Source of the DNA: Patescibacteria group bacterium
GTDB lineage: Bacteria > Patescibacteriota > Microgenomatia > UBA1400 > MFAQ01
Assembly: GCA_943355005.1 (NCBI GenBank)
Contig: CALRDV010000003.1
Span: 72,590 to 136,589 of the forward strand
Direction of reading: 5' to 3'
DNA length: 64,000 bases
Shown here: in pieces, positions 26,592 through 36,226 of the stretch
Layout: every line of letters starts with the position of its first letter
Numbering within the stretch: the first letter of the stretch is position 1
Made by a program: the position numbers and the translations under genes
The notes under the pieces: model-generated
Databases searched by the model: none
The model's input: the letters and a program-made list of their open reading frames with translations, nothing else
Told to the model about the DNA's origin: nothing

Positions 26592-27752
26592 TTATTTAAT
26601 GGCGATCATACGGCGAATTGGTAATTCTGCTTTGGCTCTGAGACCTTCTGGGACGGTGATTTCATACTGCATGTTTTCCAAAGCTTCAATAACTGTTTCC
26701 AGATTGTTTTGGGCCATGTGGGGACATCTTTTCTGGATAGAGCAAACTTGTAAAACGTTCTTGTGTTTGGCAGCCAGCATTTCGACCATGGCGCACTCTG
26801 TAAAGAAGGCAACTGGTCTATCTTGGACATCTTGTTTCTCTATATTTTTAATCATCTCACCGGTGGAGCCGGCAAAATCTACTTCAGCGATAACTTCTGG
26901 TGGGCATTCAGGGTGAGCCATGATGTAGACACCGGGAAAATCTTTCCTAAGTTCAATCGCGTCTTTTGGGGTGAATTTCTCATGAACTTCGCATTTTCCT
27001 TCCCAGGCGATGAAGAGGATATTGGGAGAACCTTTGTGGAGTGAGATTGCCACGTCGCGCTGCTCCTCGCAATGACGGATGTTTGATTCTGCTGAAGCGG
27101 ACGTGTCGGGGAAAAATATATCGGCACCCATATCTCGAGCGACATTTTGGGCTAAGAATTTATCGGGTAGAAAGATGACTGTATTTGTTTTCCACTCTTT
27201 GAGTGCCCACTCGACAACCTTTCGAGCATTGCCGGAAGCACAGCAGACATCAACTTCAGATTTGGTATCGGCATCTGTGTTTACATAGGCGACCACGGGA
27301 ACTCCGGGGAACATAGCTTTCAATTTGCGGACATCCGCTCCGGTAATACTGGAAGCAAGTGAACATCCAGCTTTCAGAGAAGGTATGAGCACTGTTTTGG
27401 TAGGGTTCAGTACTTTGGCGGTTTCTGCCATAAATTTGACTCCGAGAAATAAAATGAGATCTGCATCGGTTTCCGTTGCTTTACGGGATAATTCTAATGA
27501 ATCTCCGCGTATGCCTAAGACTTCGTCGCACTGCAAGTCCCAGGACATATAGTTGTGCTTTAGAATGACGGCTTTCTTTTCTCTCACTAGGCGATTGAGT
27601 TTTTCTACCTGACCGGCTTTGATCCATAGTTCGAAATCTGGACTGTAACCGGAATATTTTTCTTTGAAGAGGTCAAAAATTTCTTGTTGGGATAGGAGTG
27701 TAGTATTGTTAGTCATTATATTTTTATATTTGTATTTATTATCTTTTGTCAT
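26592..27752 (-). CDS. nadA: Quinolinate synthase.
   Basis: NadA pattern (ILKHNY ... GDSLELSRKATETDADLILFLGVKFMAETAKVLNP ... GCSLA). Contains an in-frame type E repeat at 27036-27071. Confidence 0.9.
   Translation of the reverse strand: MTKDNKYKYKNIMTNNTTLLSQQEIFDLFKEKYSGYSPDFELWIKAGQVEKLNRLVREKKAVILKHNYMSWDLQCDEVLGIRGDSLELSRKATETDADLILFLGVKFMAETAKVLNPTKTVLIPSLKAGCSLASSITGADVRKLKAMFPGVPVVAYVNTDADTKSEVDVCCASGNARKVVEWALKEWKTNTVIFLPDKFLAQNVARDMGADIFFPDTSASAESNIRHCEEQRDVAISLHKGSPNILFIAWEGKCEVHEKFTPKDAIELRKDFPGVYIMAHPECPPEVIAEVDFAGSTGEMIKNIEKQDVQDRPVAFFTECAMVEMLAAKHKNVLQVCSIQKRCPHMAQNNLETVIEALENMQYEITVPEGLRAKAELPIRRMIAIK
27036..27071 (+). repeat. Type E hairpin repeat (gagattgccacgtcgcgctgctcctcgcaatgacgg) inside the nadA coding sequence.
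   Basis: Translated in nadA as SNIRHCEEQRDVAIS. Homologous to the units at 1046 and 5227. Confidence 0.8.
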
Positions 27753-27812
27753 TCTGAACTTGATTCAGAATCCAGGATTTTCTGGATGCCGGATCGGGTC
27801 CGGCATGACAGA
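27746..27812 (+). repeat. Composite hairpin repeat (type D followed by type C) between nadA and nadC.
   Basis: tgtcattctgaacttgattcagaatccagg ... tctggatgccggatcgggtccggcatgaca. Confidence 0.8.
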
Positions 27813-27817
27813 TGTAA

Positions 27818-28720
27818 TTATTTGTTAAATGTTATATGTAATGAAATGTCGAAGGCGTTGACTGAGTGGGTGAGGGCTCCCACGGAGATAAAATCTACTC
27901 CGGTTTCGGCTACACTTTTAACACGATCCAGCGACATATTGCCGGAGGCTTCGAGGGGAATATATATTCCTGATGTTTCTTTAAAGGTATTTCTAATTTT
28001 TACGGCTTGAAGTGTTTGGGGATTATCCATGTTATCCAACATAATTCTATCCGGGAAGTTATTTAGTGCAGTTACCAGCTCAGCTTCGTTTCTAACTTCA
28101 ATTTCAAGTGGAATATCAGGATATTTATTCCTAAATAGTTTTATCGCCAGTGCGATATCACCACCAAGGATGTCTATGTGGTTATTTTTTATCAAACCCA
28201 TCTCGCTTAAGTTCATACGGTGATTGGTGCCACCTCCATCTCTAACGGCTTGTTTGTCAAGTTCACCGTAGCCTGGCCAAATTTTTCGAGTATCAAGAAT
28301 TTTGCATGAAGTGTGGGAAACTTGCTGAACATATTTGTGAGTATTGGTAGCGATACCACTCATGCGTCTAATAAACTCCAAAGCAACCCTTTCTCCTGAT
28401 AATAGGCTTTGACCTTTTCCTTCGATAACAGCTAGCTTGTCTCCTTTTTTGATTCTGTCTCCATCCTTCTTGAGGGAAGTGAAGATAATTGATGGGTCTA
28501 CTAGATTAAATATGACCTCAGCGAGTAGGAGTCCTGATACAATTCCTTCATCTTCTTTGACGACAAGTTCGGCGATAGCCTTAGTTTCTGACTCAATTAA
28601 GGCTAGGGAGGTAACATCTCCTCTTGGTCCGGCATCTTGCTGAAGAGCGCCATAAAGCCTCTTCCTGAGCGCCATGCCGTACTCTGAGCCGGTTTTGTTC
28701 ATTGACAATGTTTCTATCAT
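27818..28720 (-). CDS. nadC: Nicotinate-nucleotide (quinolinate) pyrophosphorylase.
   Basis: 300 aa with a QPRTase-like pattern. First gene of the nadC-nadA-nadB operon. Confidence 0.85.
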   Translation of the reverse strand: MIETLSMNKTGSEYGMALRKRLYGALQQDAGPRGDVTSLALIESETKAIAELVVKEDEGIVSGLLLAEVIFNLVDPSIIFTSLKKDGDRIKKGDKLAVIEGKGQSLLSGERVALEFIRRMSGIATNTHKYVQQVSHTSCKILDTRKIWPGYGELDKQAVRDGGGTNHRMNLSEMGLIKNNHIDILGGDIALAIKLFRNKYPDIPLEIEVRNEAELVTALNNFPDRIMLDNMDNPQTLQAVKIRNTFKETSGIYIPLEASGNMSLDRVKSVAETGVDFISVGALTHSVNAFDISLHITFNK

Positions 28721-28739
28721 AGTGTTATGATAACACTAA
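28721..28739. promoter_or_regulatory. Perfect inverted repeat TAGTGTTAT-g-ATAACACTA abutting the nadC start codon. Candidate operator.
   Basis: Read directly. The half-site ATAGTGT/ACACTAT is shared with the palindrome at 9563-9585. Confidence 0.4.
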
Positions 28740-28804
28740 CTGACAGGATGTCAAGTAGTACTTTAAATCTAATACTCAGGCTATAAACCATAAAGGAGAG
28801 CGAA

Positions 28805-29425
28805 ATGACACTTAATGAGGCGATTTCTAAGATTTGGGACGAGTCTGTTCTGTGGGGGTGGGTACATCCCCGTATCCCGAGTTTGTTTTTTCGGGTTTTG
28901 AGGCGCGATGTATCACGTACCAATCAAGATGGTTCAGCCGCGAGCGGCATGACTTTTTACGCTTTTGATCGTGGATCTTCAGTCGCCGCTTTGCTCCACG
29001 AAATTGACACAGATACTGTTATCTTGATCCGGCAATATAGGGCGGGTGTGAATAAAATTGAAATTGAAATCCCGGCCGGAATGCTTGAAATCAATGAAGA
29101 TCCTGAAGTGGCGGTAATGAGAGAAGTGTTTGAGGAGACGGGGTATGGTAGTTTTGTTTCTCTGAAGAAGATGTTCTCGTTGTCGATGTCACCGGGTGGT
29201 TCTACCGAAATCTCTCACAGTTTCTATATTCGGGTAAAGTCGACTGATAAGACAGGTGAGGGCGGTGGTTTGCTTTCTGAGAATGAATTTTTGGACGTGT
29301 TGAGACTTCCTGCTTCGGAAGCCATCTTGATGATACATTCTCAAGGAAGAAAAAATCCACTCATTACGGATGCCAAGACGGTAGCGGCTCTTCTGTGGCT
29401 TGAAAATCAGAGATTGAGTAAGTAG
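28805..29425 (+). CDS. Nudix hydrolase, ADP-ribose pyrophosphatase-like.
   Basis: Nudix box GMLEINEDPEVAVMREVFEETGY. Divergent from the nad operon. Confidence 0.7.
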   Translation: MTLNEAISKIWDESVLWGWVHPRIPSLFFRVLRRDVSRTNQDGSAASGMTFYAFDRGSSVAALLHEIDTDTVILIRQYRAGVNKIEIEIPAGMLEINEDPEVAVMREVFEETGYGSFVSLKKMFSLSMSPGGSTEISHSFYIRVKSTDKTGEGGGLLSENEFLDVLRLPASEAILMIHSQGRKNPLITDAKTVAALLWLENQRLSK

Positions 29426-29507
29426 TTTGTAACAGGTCTAAGACATTTGTCGAGGGCCTGTTTTTTTTTGTTGTATTATTAATTTATTACAGTATTTATT
29501 TGTAGAT

Positions 29508-30041
29508 ATGAATAAGAGTATTGATTCTGCACTGAGAGTTTCCCCCCTATTTACAGAAAAGTGGGCAGCCTGGTTTTTCTTACCTTTAAGACTTTGGCTT
29601 GGGTGGCAGTGGATAGAGGCCGGCTGGCATAAAATTGTTTCTCCAGCATGGATGGTGACCGGAACAGCTCTTCAGGGGTACTGGACCAAGGCGGTGGTGG
29701 TAAACGCTAGTGGCAGTGGTGCGATTTCTTATGATTGGTACCGTTCCTTCATTCAGTTTTTGTTGGATAGTCACTCAAATGTTTGGTTTGCCAAATTTGT
29801 GGCTTTAGGGGAGCTCGCTGTAGGAGTAGCCCTTATTCTTGGAGTATTCGTTGGTGTTTCAGCTTTCTTTGGGGGTTTGATGAACTGGAACTACATGATG
29901 GCCGGAACGGCTTCTACGAACCCCATGTTGTTTGTGATTTCTATTATCCTGATGCTTGGCTGGAGAGTTGCCGGGTACATTGGAGCGGATTATTATCTTT
30001 TAAACTGGACTCAAAGTGTTTTAAAGCGCTGGAGAAGGTAA
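29508..30041 (+). CDS. Hypothetical integral membrane protein.
   Basis: 177 aa with four hydrophobic segments. Confidence 0.55.
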   Translation: MNKSIDSALRVSPLFTEKWAAWFFLPLRLWLGWQWIEAGWHKIVSPAWMVTGTALQGYWTKAVVVNASGSGAISYDWYRSFIQFLLDSHSNVWFAKFVALGELAVGVALILGVFVGVSAFFGGLMNWNYMMAGTASTNPMLFVISIILMLGWRVAGYIGADYYLLNWTQSVLKRWRR

Positions 30042-30050
30042 AATAGGGGA

Positions 30051-31094
30051 ATGAGTTTAAAGGTGGGAATTGTGGGGTTACCAAATGTCGGGAAGTCGAC
30101 ACTGTTTAATGCTTTGTTAAAAAGGCAGCAGGCTTTGGTGGCAAATTACCCGTTTGCGACGATTGAGCCGAATGTAGGGATAGTAGAAGTGCCGGACGAA
30201 AGACTGAATGTTTTGGCAAAAATGTCCCAGAGTGTGAAAATCGTGCCAGCAACAGTGGAATTTGTGGATATTGCCGGTTTAGTGGCCGGGGCAGCGACCG
30301 GAGCGGGACTGGGTAATAAATTCTTGACTCATATTCGTGATGTGGATGTGATATTGCAAGTTTTAAGAGATTTTAAAGATTCCGAGATTGTGAAAGAGGG
30401 TAGTGTGGACCCCAAAACGGACTATGAAGTAATCGAAACCGAACTAATCTTGAAGGACTTAGAAACAGTTTCCAAAATACGGGAAAGTAAAGATCTAAGA
30501 CAAAAAGGCCTTGAGAAGAAAAGGGGAGTGGTGGAGAAACTTTTTGAGGGATTAAACAATGGACAGCCTGCAAGGACCATCCTTGCAGGTGAGGAGGTTG
30601 AGCTGGCTAGAGATTTGTTTCTCCTGACCATGAAAAAAGAGGTTAAGGTGTTTAATGTGAGTGAGATGGATCCCCGCATTCGCGAGGATGACAACGGAGA
30701 GTTCTGTGTTTGTGCAAAGATTGAGTCGGAGCTTTCAAGCTTGTCAGATGAAGACGCTAAAGCCTATATGGCTGATTTGGGGATTAAGGAATCCGGATTG
30801 GATAAGCTAATCAGGAAGGCCTACGAGACTCTAGGGCTTATTAGCTTCCTGACCACTGGAATCACTGAGAGCAGGGCTTGGACGATTGAGAAGGGGACTA
30901 AGGCACCCCAAGCAGCTGCTGTAATTCATACAGACTTTGAGAAGAAGTTTATCAAGGCTAAGGTTTGCGGCTATGACGATTTTGTGGCTTGTGGAGGCTG
31001 GAAGGAAGGGGTAGAAAAAGGGAAAGTCAGGTTTGAAGGTAAGGAATATGTAGTGAAGGATGGTGATGTGGTGGAGTTTATGGTTGGTGCTTAA
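30051..31094 (+). CDS. ychF: Ribosome-binding ATPase YchF (Obg family).
   Basis: G1 motif GIVGLPNVGKSTLFNAL and a TGS-like C-terminus. Carries two in-frame palindromic insertions at 30567 and 30668. Confidence 0.9.
   Translation: MSLKVGIVGLPNVGKSTLFNALLKRQQALVANYPFATIEPNVGIVEVPDERLNVLAKMSQSVKIVPATVEFVDIAGLVAGAATGAGLGNKFLTHIRDVDVILQVLRDFKDSEIVKEGSVDPKTDYEVIETELILKDLETVSKIRESKDLRQKGLEKKRGVVEKLFEGLNNGQPARTILAGEEVELARDLFLLTMKKEVKVFNVSEMDPRIREDDNGEFCVCAKIESELSSLSDEDAKAYMADLGIKESGLDKLIRKAYETLGLISFLTTGITESRAWTIEKGTKAPQAAAVIHTDFEKKFIKAKVCGYDDFVACGGWKEGVEKGKVRFEGKEYVVKDGDVVEFMVGA
30567..30591 (+). repeat. REP-type palindrome cctgcaaggaccatccttgcaggtg inside ychF, encoding PARTILAG.
   Basis: Same palindrome as the copies flanking the RAYT gene at 53.6-54.9 kb. 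Confidence 0.8.
30668..30693 (+). repeat. Hairpin repeat, type F (ggatccccgcattcgcgaggatgaca) inside ychF.
   Basis: Reverse complement of the unit at 36136-36163. Shares the CTGGAT...ATGACA ends with the family. Confidence 0.7.
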
Positions 31095-31116
31095 GGTTGA
31101 TGAAATTTTTTAACAA

Positions 31117-31146
31117 AAAACCGCCTTCGTGTGAAAGCGGTTGTGA
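31117..31146. terminator. Bidirectional terminator-like hairpin (aaccgc ... gcggtt).
   Basis: Read directly, downstream of ychF. Confidence 0.5.
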
Positions 31147-31530
31147 AACTATGCGGGGTGATTATGCTCCGCCGTCGTCTGCCTCGTAATCTTTCTTGTT
31201 GTAGAAAAAGAAAGAGAAGGCGATTAGCGACAAGCCGGCGATTAGCAACCAGTCTGTGGCGGCAGCGATTGAGCCAGAAATACCACTGATGATGCCGACC
31301 AGGGCGCCAATGACGACCAATGCTAATCCAGGGAAGAAGATAATGTGGTGGATTTTAACTCTTGTGCTAATGAATACTCCTTGAATGAACGTGCGAATGT
31401 GAACAGCCTATATTGTACTACATGGAAAAATTCAGTCAAGTTGGTAAGAAACGGGCATAAAGGCTCGGATTGTAGTAAAATAGCCAAGTTCCGCCTTTAA
31501 GGCGAGATTAAATTATAAAAACAAAAATTT

Positions 31531-31848
31531 GTGAAAAAAACAAAGACAACCGACCAAAAACCGTCCATGGGCGTCGTAAATAAGTACGAGCTCGTTGTCA
31601 TTTATCCTGCGTCCGAGAATGAATTGGGAGCAGAAAAACAGATCTCCGAGAAGTGCAAAAAACGCTCTTTGAAGGTCGTTGAGGTGGATAAATGGGGAAC
31701 GAAGACCATGGCTTACGAAATTAAAAAACAGAGTAGAGGCTACTATTTGAAGCTAAAACTCGAAGGTTCTTCCGAATCCGCTCAACTCCTAGAGAAGGAT
31801 TTGCAGATGGACGACAAGATGCTAAGATTCTTATTGATTAGGATTTAG
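31531..31848 (+). CDS. rpsF: 30S ribosomal protein S6.
   Basis: S6-like core (YELVVIYPASENE...WGTKTMAYEI) in the conserved rpsF-ssb-rpsR cluster. GTG start. The true start may be Met at 31567. Confidence 0.85.
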   Translation: MKKTKTTDQKPSMGVVNKYELVVIYPASENELGAEKQISEKCKKRSLKVVEVDKWGTKTMAYEIKKQSRGYYLKLKLEGSSESAQLLEKDLQMDDKMLRFLLIRI

Positions 31849-31859
31849 TTCACTAAGAT

Positions 31860-32339
31860 ATGAGTACAAGAAGTTTAAACAGAGTTACATTAATTGGAAA
31901 CCTTACAAAGGACCCAGAACTTAAATACACCCCTCAGGGTACTGCAGTTTGTACTTTTGGTTTGGCTACCAACCGTGAATGGACTGATTCCTCCGGCCAG
32001 AAGCAAGAGGGTGCAGAGTTCCATCGAATCGTTGCTTGGGGTAAGCTGGGTGAGATTTGCAGTCAGCTATTAGTCAAAGGTCAAAAGGCTTTTGTCGAAG
32101 GTAGACTTCAGACGAGACAGTGGAAGACTCAAGATGGCAGCGATAGGCAAATTACTGAAGTGGTAATAGAGGAGATGATAGCGTTGAACACTCCAAAGGG
32201 CACTTCATCTGATAACTATGTTCCCAACTATACCGCTACCGAAACCCGTGCTGCCGAGCCAGTTTCCCCTGCAGAAGAAGTATTTTCGGCAGATGTCAAA
32301 GGTGCAGATAAAGACTCCACCGATGAAATTCCTTTTTAA
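31860..32339 (+). CDS. ssb: Single-stranded DNA-binding protein.
   Basis: OB-fold N-terminus (LNRVTLIGNLTKDPELKYTPQGTAVCTFGLATN) and an acidic tail DEIPF. Confidence 0.9.
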   Translation: MSTRSLNRVTLIGNLTKDPELKYTPQGTAVCTFGLATNREWTDSSGQKQEGAEFHRIVAWGKLGEICSQLLVKGQKAFVEGRLQTRQWKTQDGSDRQITEVVIEEMIALNTPKGTSSDNYVPNYTATETRAAEPVSPAEEVFSADVKGADKDSTDEIPF

Positions 32340-32385
32340 TCCGCCTATGGCGAGATTGAGTACAAATATAAATTAAATAAAGAAA

Positions 32386-32616
32386 ATGATCATAAAGAAA
32401 AAAATTAGAAAATCAAATAAACCTTGTCCTTTTTGTGTAAAAAAGGCCGAACCGGTTTACTTTGACATGGAGTCTATCGCAGTGGGTATTTCTCCCAAAA
32501 AGAGAATTGTTTCCCGTTGGACGACCGGTGTTTGTGAAAAGCACCAACTAAGATTGGCCCGCGCGATTAAACGAGCAAGACATTTGGCTTTGCTTCCGTT
32601 TACAGACAGGGCGTAA
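32386..32616 (+). CDS. rpsR: 30S ribosomal protein S18.
   Basis: CPFC ... RISRWTTGVCEKHQLRLARAIKRARHLALLPF. Confidence 0.9.
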   Translation: MIIKKKIRKSNKPCPFCVKKAEPVYFDMESIAVGISPKKRIVSRWTTGVCEKHQLRLARAIKRARHLALLPFTDRA

Positions 32617-32641
32617 TTAGTAAAACTTCAGCACACTGCTC

Positions 32642-33847
32642 ATGAAATTGAATGTCGTACGACAGTATTTAGTCGGTCTTATTTTTGTATCCGCAATTGG
32701 TTTAGGCGGTTATAGATTGGGAGTATATAACACTCAGAAAGGGTTCCAAAATTCATCTGAAGTCGATACTAGTTCCATGAATCAGGTATTGTCTGAACTG
32801 AAGAAAAATTACCTAAGACCAGAGGATATCAATGCCAAGAAACTGATGTATGGTGCTACCGAAGGTATGACTGCTTCGTTGGGCGATCCTTATACTTCAT
32901 TTTTCCCTCCCGTAGAAAATTCTAGAAACAAAGAAGATTTACAAGGTGAATTTGGTGGTGTGGGTATACAGCTGGGCTTTATCGAAAAAACCTTGGCCGT
33001 TATGACTCCGCTCAAAGACACACCTGCTTTTAAAGCCGGTATCAAGGCGGGAGACTTAATTCTGAAGATTGTTGATGAGAAGAAAAAGGTCTCTAAAGAC
33101 ACAAATAATCTGACGATTGAAGATGCCGTTGACCTTATTCGCGGAGAAAAGGGAACACCTGTAACTTTAACCATATTTAGAGAGTCTGAGAAAAAATCTA
33201 GAGAAGTTGTTCTGGTTCGAGATGTCATAAATGTGCCTTCGACTGAACTTTCATGGATTGATAATGATAAAGTGGCCTTGATTAGAGTAAACAAATTTGG
33301 CGAACAGACTTTGGGTGAATGGGAAAAAATTGTGTCTGAAGTTAAAGCCAAGAATGCTAAGGGTGTAGTGCTTGACTTACGAAATAATCCCGGTGGCTAT
33401 TTACAAAGAGCCGTTGACTTGGGTAGTGAGTTTATCGCCGATGGAGTAATTGTGAAACAAAGAGATAGAAATAAAACCGAAGTTTCTAATGTTGATCGAA
33501 AAGGAAAATTGATCGGTATGCCTCTTGTGGTCCTGGTGAACAAGGGTTCGGCCAGTGCTGCAGAGATTCTTGCAGGAGCGCTTCGTGAAAGACTTGGGAC
33601 CAAGCTGGTGGGGGAGAATAGCTTCGGTAAAGGAACAGTTCAAGAACCGGAAGATTTTAGTGATGGTTCTTCGCTTCATGTCACCATTGCTGAATGGCTT
33701 CTACCTTCCGGAAAGAATATTCACAAAGTAGGATTGGCTCCTGATGTGACGGTAGAGTACAAGCAAGACGATAAGAATCCAGAGGCAGATAATCAAGTGG
33801 AGAAGGCACTGGAAGTTTTGAAGACAGAAATGGGATTAAAGAAATAA
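32642..33847 (+). CDS. Carboxyl-terminal processing protease (S41) with a PDZ domain.
   Basis: N-terminal TM, a PDZ region, and the S41 motif LVNKGSASAAEILAGAL plus LDLRNNPGGYL. Confidence 0.85.
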   Translation: MKLNVVRQYLVGLIFVSAIGLGGYRLGVYNTQKGFQNSSEVDTSSMNQVLSELKKNYLRPEDINAKKLMYGATEGMTASLGDPYTSFFPPVENSRNKEDLQGEFGGVGIQLGFIEKTLAVMTPLKDTPAFKAGIKAGDLILKIVDEKKKVSKDTNNLTIEDAVDLIRGEKGTPVTLTIFRESEKKSREVVLVRDVINVPSTELSWIDNDKVALIRVNKFGEQTLGEWEKIVSEVKAKNAKGVVLDLRNNPGGYLQRAVDLGSEFIADGVIVKQRDRNKTEVSNVDRKGKLIGMPLVVLVNKGSASAAEILAGALRERLGTKLVGENSFGKGTVQEPEDFSDGSSLHVTIAEWLLPSGKNIHKVGLAPDVTVEYKQDDKNPEADNQVEKALEVLKTEMGLKK

Positions 33848-33871
33848 GGCAACTCTCTAAGAATAAAAAAA

Positions 33872-33890
33872 CCTCCGCGAGTTGCGGAGG
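33872..33890. terminator. Hairpin cctccgcgagttgcggagg with an adjacent A/T run. Terminator mainly for the minus-strand gene.
   Basis: Read directly. Confidence 0.55.
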
Positions 33891-33907
33891 CTTAGTTGGT
33901 GGTTTAT

Positions 33908-34729
33908 TTAGTTAAGAGTATTTATCGTGTTCTTAATATTTTTGATTCTATTTTTGTTCGATTCGTGAGAGTCAGTAAGCCAAACTTTTATACTAGGTAT
34001 GGGTTCAAATAATTGAAAAAAATGTATCAAGCCAGGACCGAATCCCAGAATGGCTGTACCAATGTCGGCTGTGTTTTCGAGAATTCTCTCGGCCCATTTA
34101 TAGAAAAATCGAAACAGAGCAAAATTTATTAGGCAGATTGGTATTGAAATCAGGAGGGGAATTCGAAAAAGAAGCACTATGGTGAAAGATGCCACGCAAA
34201 ATAATGTTAGGATTCTAACGCAAGAAATGAAAATTAATTTCAAGTAATCGTTAGCTACTAAATGAACATACTCGTGGGCCAATACACTTTGAATTGTGTA
34301 GTCAGAAAGATCCAGAATTCTTCTCGAAAGAAATATGTAGGAAAAACGGATGGATGAATAGGCACCCGTTTCTCTTCCCTTCCCAGCGTATATGAAATCT
34401 AAGGGTTTTCTAGTTTCTTTGTTTTTAACAATTGGGGTAATCAGATTTAGAAGTCTTTCTCTTTGTGTACCTTCGATGGCGCTTTTAGTGTTGATTTTTT
34501 TCTGATCGTAATATTCTTTGAATTCTGAATTTAATTTGTTAAGTATTAATATTACTTGTATTGTCAATAGCGCAATTGCCAGGAGTCTTAGAAATAAGAT
34601 GGTTTGCATTTGCATAATGAGAATGGAAGCTATGAATATAAGAAGAATGGGGTACAAAAAAGAAATAAATATAGCGTAAGATGCCAGTTTGTTGCGGTAG
34701 AGTAAAAATGCCTGGAGCTCTGTGTTCAT
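33908..34729 (-). CDS. Membrane protein with an HExxH motif (HEYVH). Putative zinc metalloprotease, M48- or M56-like.
   Basis: 273 aa with multiple TM segments and the zinc-binding signature. The family is not resolved. Confidence 0.5.
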   Translation of the reverse strand: MNTELQAFLLYRNKLASYAIFISFLYPILLIFIASILIMQMQTILFLRLLAIALLTIQVILILNKLNSEFKEYYDQKKINTKSAIEGTQRERLLNLITPIVKNKETRKPLDFIYAGKGRETGAYSSIRFSYIFLSRRILDLSDYTIQSVLAHEYVHLVANDYLKLIFISCVRILTLFCVASFTIVLLFRIPLLISIPICLINFALFRFFYKWAERILENTADIGTAILGFGPGLIHFFQLFEPIPSIKVWLTDSHESNKNRIKNIKNTINTLN

Positions 34730-34826
34730 AATTACCTCCGAAATTTGATGTAAACGAACTTTGACCTATATTATATCATTAAATACAAAAAATCCCTGTA
34801 TTTTATACAGGGAAGGTGAAAAGAGA

Positions 34827-35156
34827 TTATTTTTTCTTGTCAAACCAGGTGGTGGGATCGAAGCCCATGGCAAAGTAAAGATAGGCATAGATCAGGATCT
34901 CGATGTACTCTTCAGGGAAAAATGGGAGTATGAATTGTCCGAGAACCCAAAGTCCGGCAACTACGACACCAAAGAAGGTTAAGCCCTTAAGGGTGAAGCG
35001 GCCTGGGATTTTTGGTTCGATTTCCTGTTTTGGTTCGGCTTCGGTTGGTATTCCTTTTTGGTGTTCTCTTTCAATTTCTTCTAAATACTCGTGTTCATTA
35101 AAGTGAGTTTTCAAATTACATCCTCCTGTGTTTCTAGGATGTTGAAATTTTAGCAT
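34827..35156 (-). CDS. Small hypothetical membrane protein.
   Basis: 109 aa with a hydrophobic C-terminus. Confidence 0.45.
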   Translation of the reverse strand: MLKFQHPRNTGGCNLKTHFNEHEYLEEIEREHQKGIPTEAEPKQEIEPKIPGRFTLKGLTFFGVVVAGLWVLGQFILPFFPEEYIEILIYAYLYFAMGFDPTTWFDKKK

Positions 35157-35180
35157 GGCTGATTGAATGTTGGAATCATA

Positions 35181-36104
35181 TTAGGAGACCGTTTGGAATT
35201 CGGAAAGGGTGAACTCGAATATTTCTTCCAGGCGGCCTTCCATGATTTCTTTGAGATTGTGCCAGGATTTATTGAGTCTGTGGTCGGTGAGGCGGTTTTG
35301 GGGGAAGTTGTAGGTTTTGACCTTCTCGGCACGCATACCTGAGCCTACGGCCAGAGAGCGTTTATCGGAGAGAGCACTGAGCCTGCGTTCTTCTTCCTGT
35401 TGCCAGATCTTAGACCGGATCATGGTGAGAGCAATTTCTTTGTTTCTGGCTTGGTAGCGCTCTTCGTGCACGAACACGGTCAAGCCTGTGGGAATGTGAG
35501 TTAGTCGGACGGCGGTGTTTACCTTATTTACATTCTGACCCCCTGGTCCACCGGCACGGGTAAATTGCCATTCCAGGTCCTGGTCCCTGACCTCCATTTG
35601 GCTAGACTTGATCTCGGGAAGTACAGCCACTGTGGCGGTGCTGGTGTGTATGCGCCCGGCTGCTTCAGTATCTGGGACTCTTTGGACTCTGTGGACGCCT
35701 GATTCGTACTGGAATGTCTCAAAGGCACCATGATTCCAGAGTGAACGGTCCGGACGGCTAATGCGGATAACACCTTCATCGATGTTTTCGACGGAAAAGC
35801 CGTGGTCGGCGGCAAAGCGGGAGTACATCCGTTCGAGATCTCCGGCGAAGTTCTTAGATTCGTCCCCGCCGGCGGCACCACGAATTTCGATGATAGCGGG
35901 GGAACTGTCGAAGTTCTCGCCTGATTCTTCTTCTATCTTTTGTTCTACTACTTGGCTGGTTAGGAGATTGTCCAGCTGTGACTTGAGTCTTACAACTTCG
36001 GCCTGGGCAAGCGTGCCAAGCTCAGGGTCTGAGGAGAGAGCTTCGTTTTCTTTGATTTCGACCTCGATACGTTCGATTTCTGCTTGGATGTAGGGGTTGT
36101 CCAT
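35181..36104 (-). CDS. prfA: Peptide chain release factor 1.
   Basis: GGQ motif, RF1-type VQRVPDTE (P-x-T) tripeptide region, and [13 protein letters not shown]. Confidence 0.85.
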   Translation of the reverse strand: MDNPYIQAEIERIEVEIKENEALSSDPELGTLAQAEVVRLKSQLDNLLTSQVVEQKIEEESGENFDSSPAIIEIRGAAGGDESKNFAGDLERMYSRFAADHGFSVENIDEGVIRISRPDRSLWNHGAFETFQYESGVHRVQRVPDTEAAGRIHTSTATVAVLPEIKSSQMEVRDQDLEWQFTRAGGPGGQNVNKVNTAVRLTHIPTGLTVFVHEERYQARNKEIALTMIRSKIWQQEEERRLSALSDKRSLAVGSGMRAEKVKTYNFPQNRLTDHRLNKSWHNLKEIMEGRLEEIFEFTLSEFQTVS

Positions 36105-36135
36105 AATGATATTTATTCTTTAATATTACAAATAA

Positions 36136-36211
36136 TGTCATCCTCGCGAATGCGGGGATCCAGATTTATTGTACTCATTTGTATAGATTCCCGATCAGGT
36201 CGGGAATGACA
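36136..36211 (+). repeat. Composite hairpin repeat: reverse type F unit followed by a type A unit.
   Basis: tgtcatcctcgcgaatgcggggatccag ... tatagattcccgatcaggtcgggaatgaca. Confidence 0.8.
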
Positions 36212-36226
36212 ATTTGGGGATTTAAT

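Noticed and set aside
28805-29425. The Nudix protein divergent from the nad operon as the NAD regulator NrtR.
   Set aside because: At 206 aa it is too short to include the C-terminal winged-HTH domain of NrtR. It is more consistent with a stand-alone ADP-ribose pyrophosphatase.
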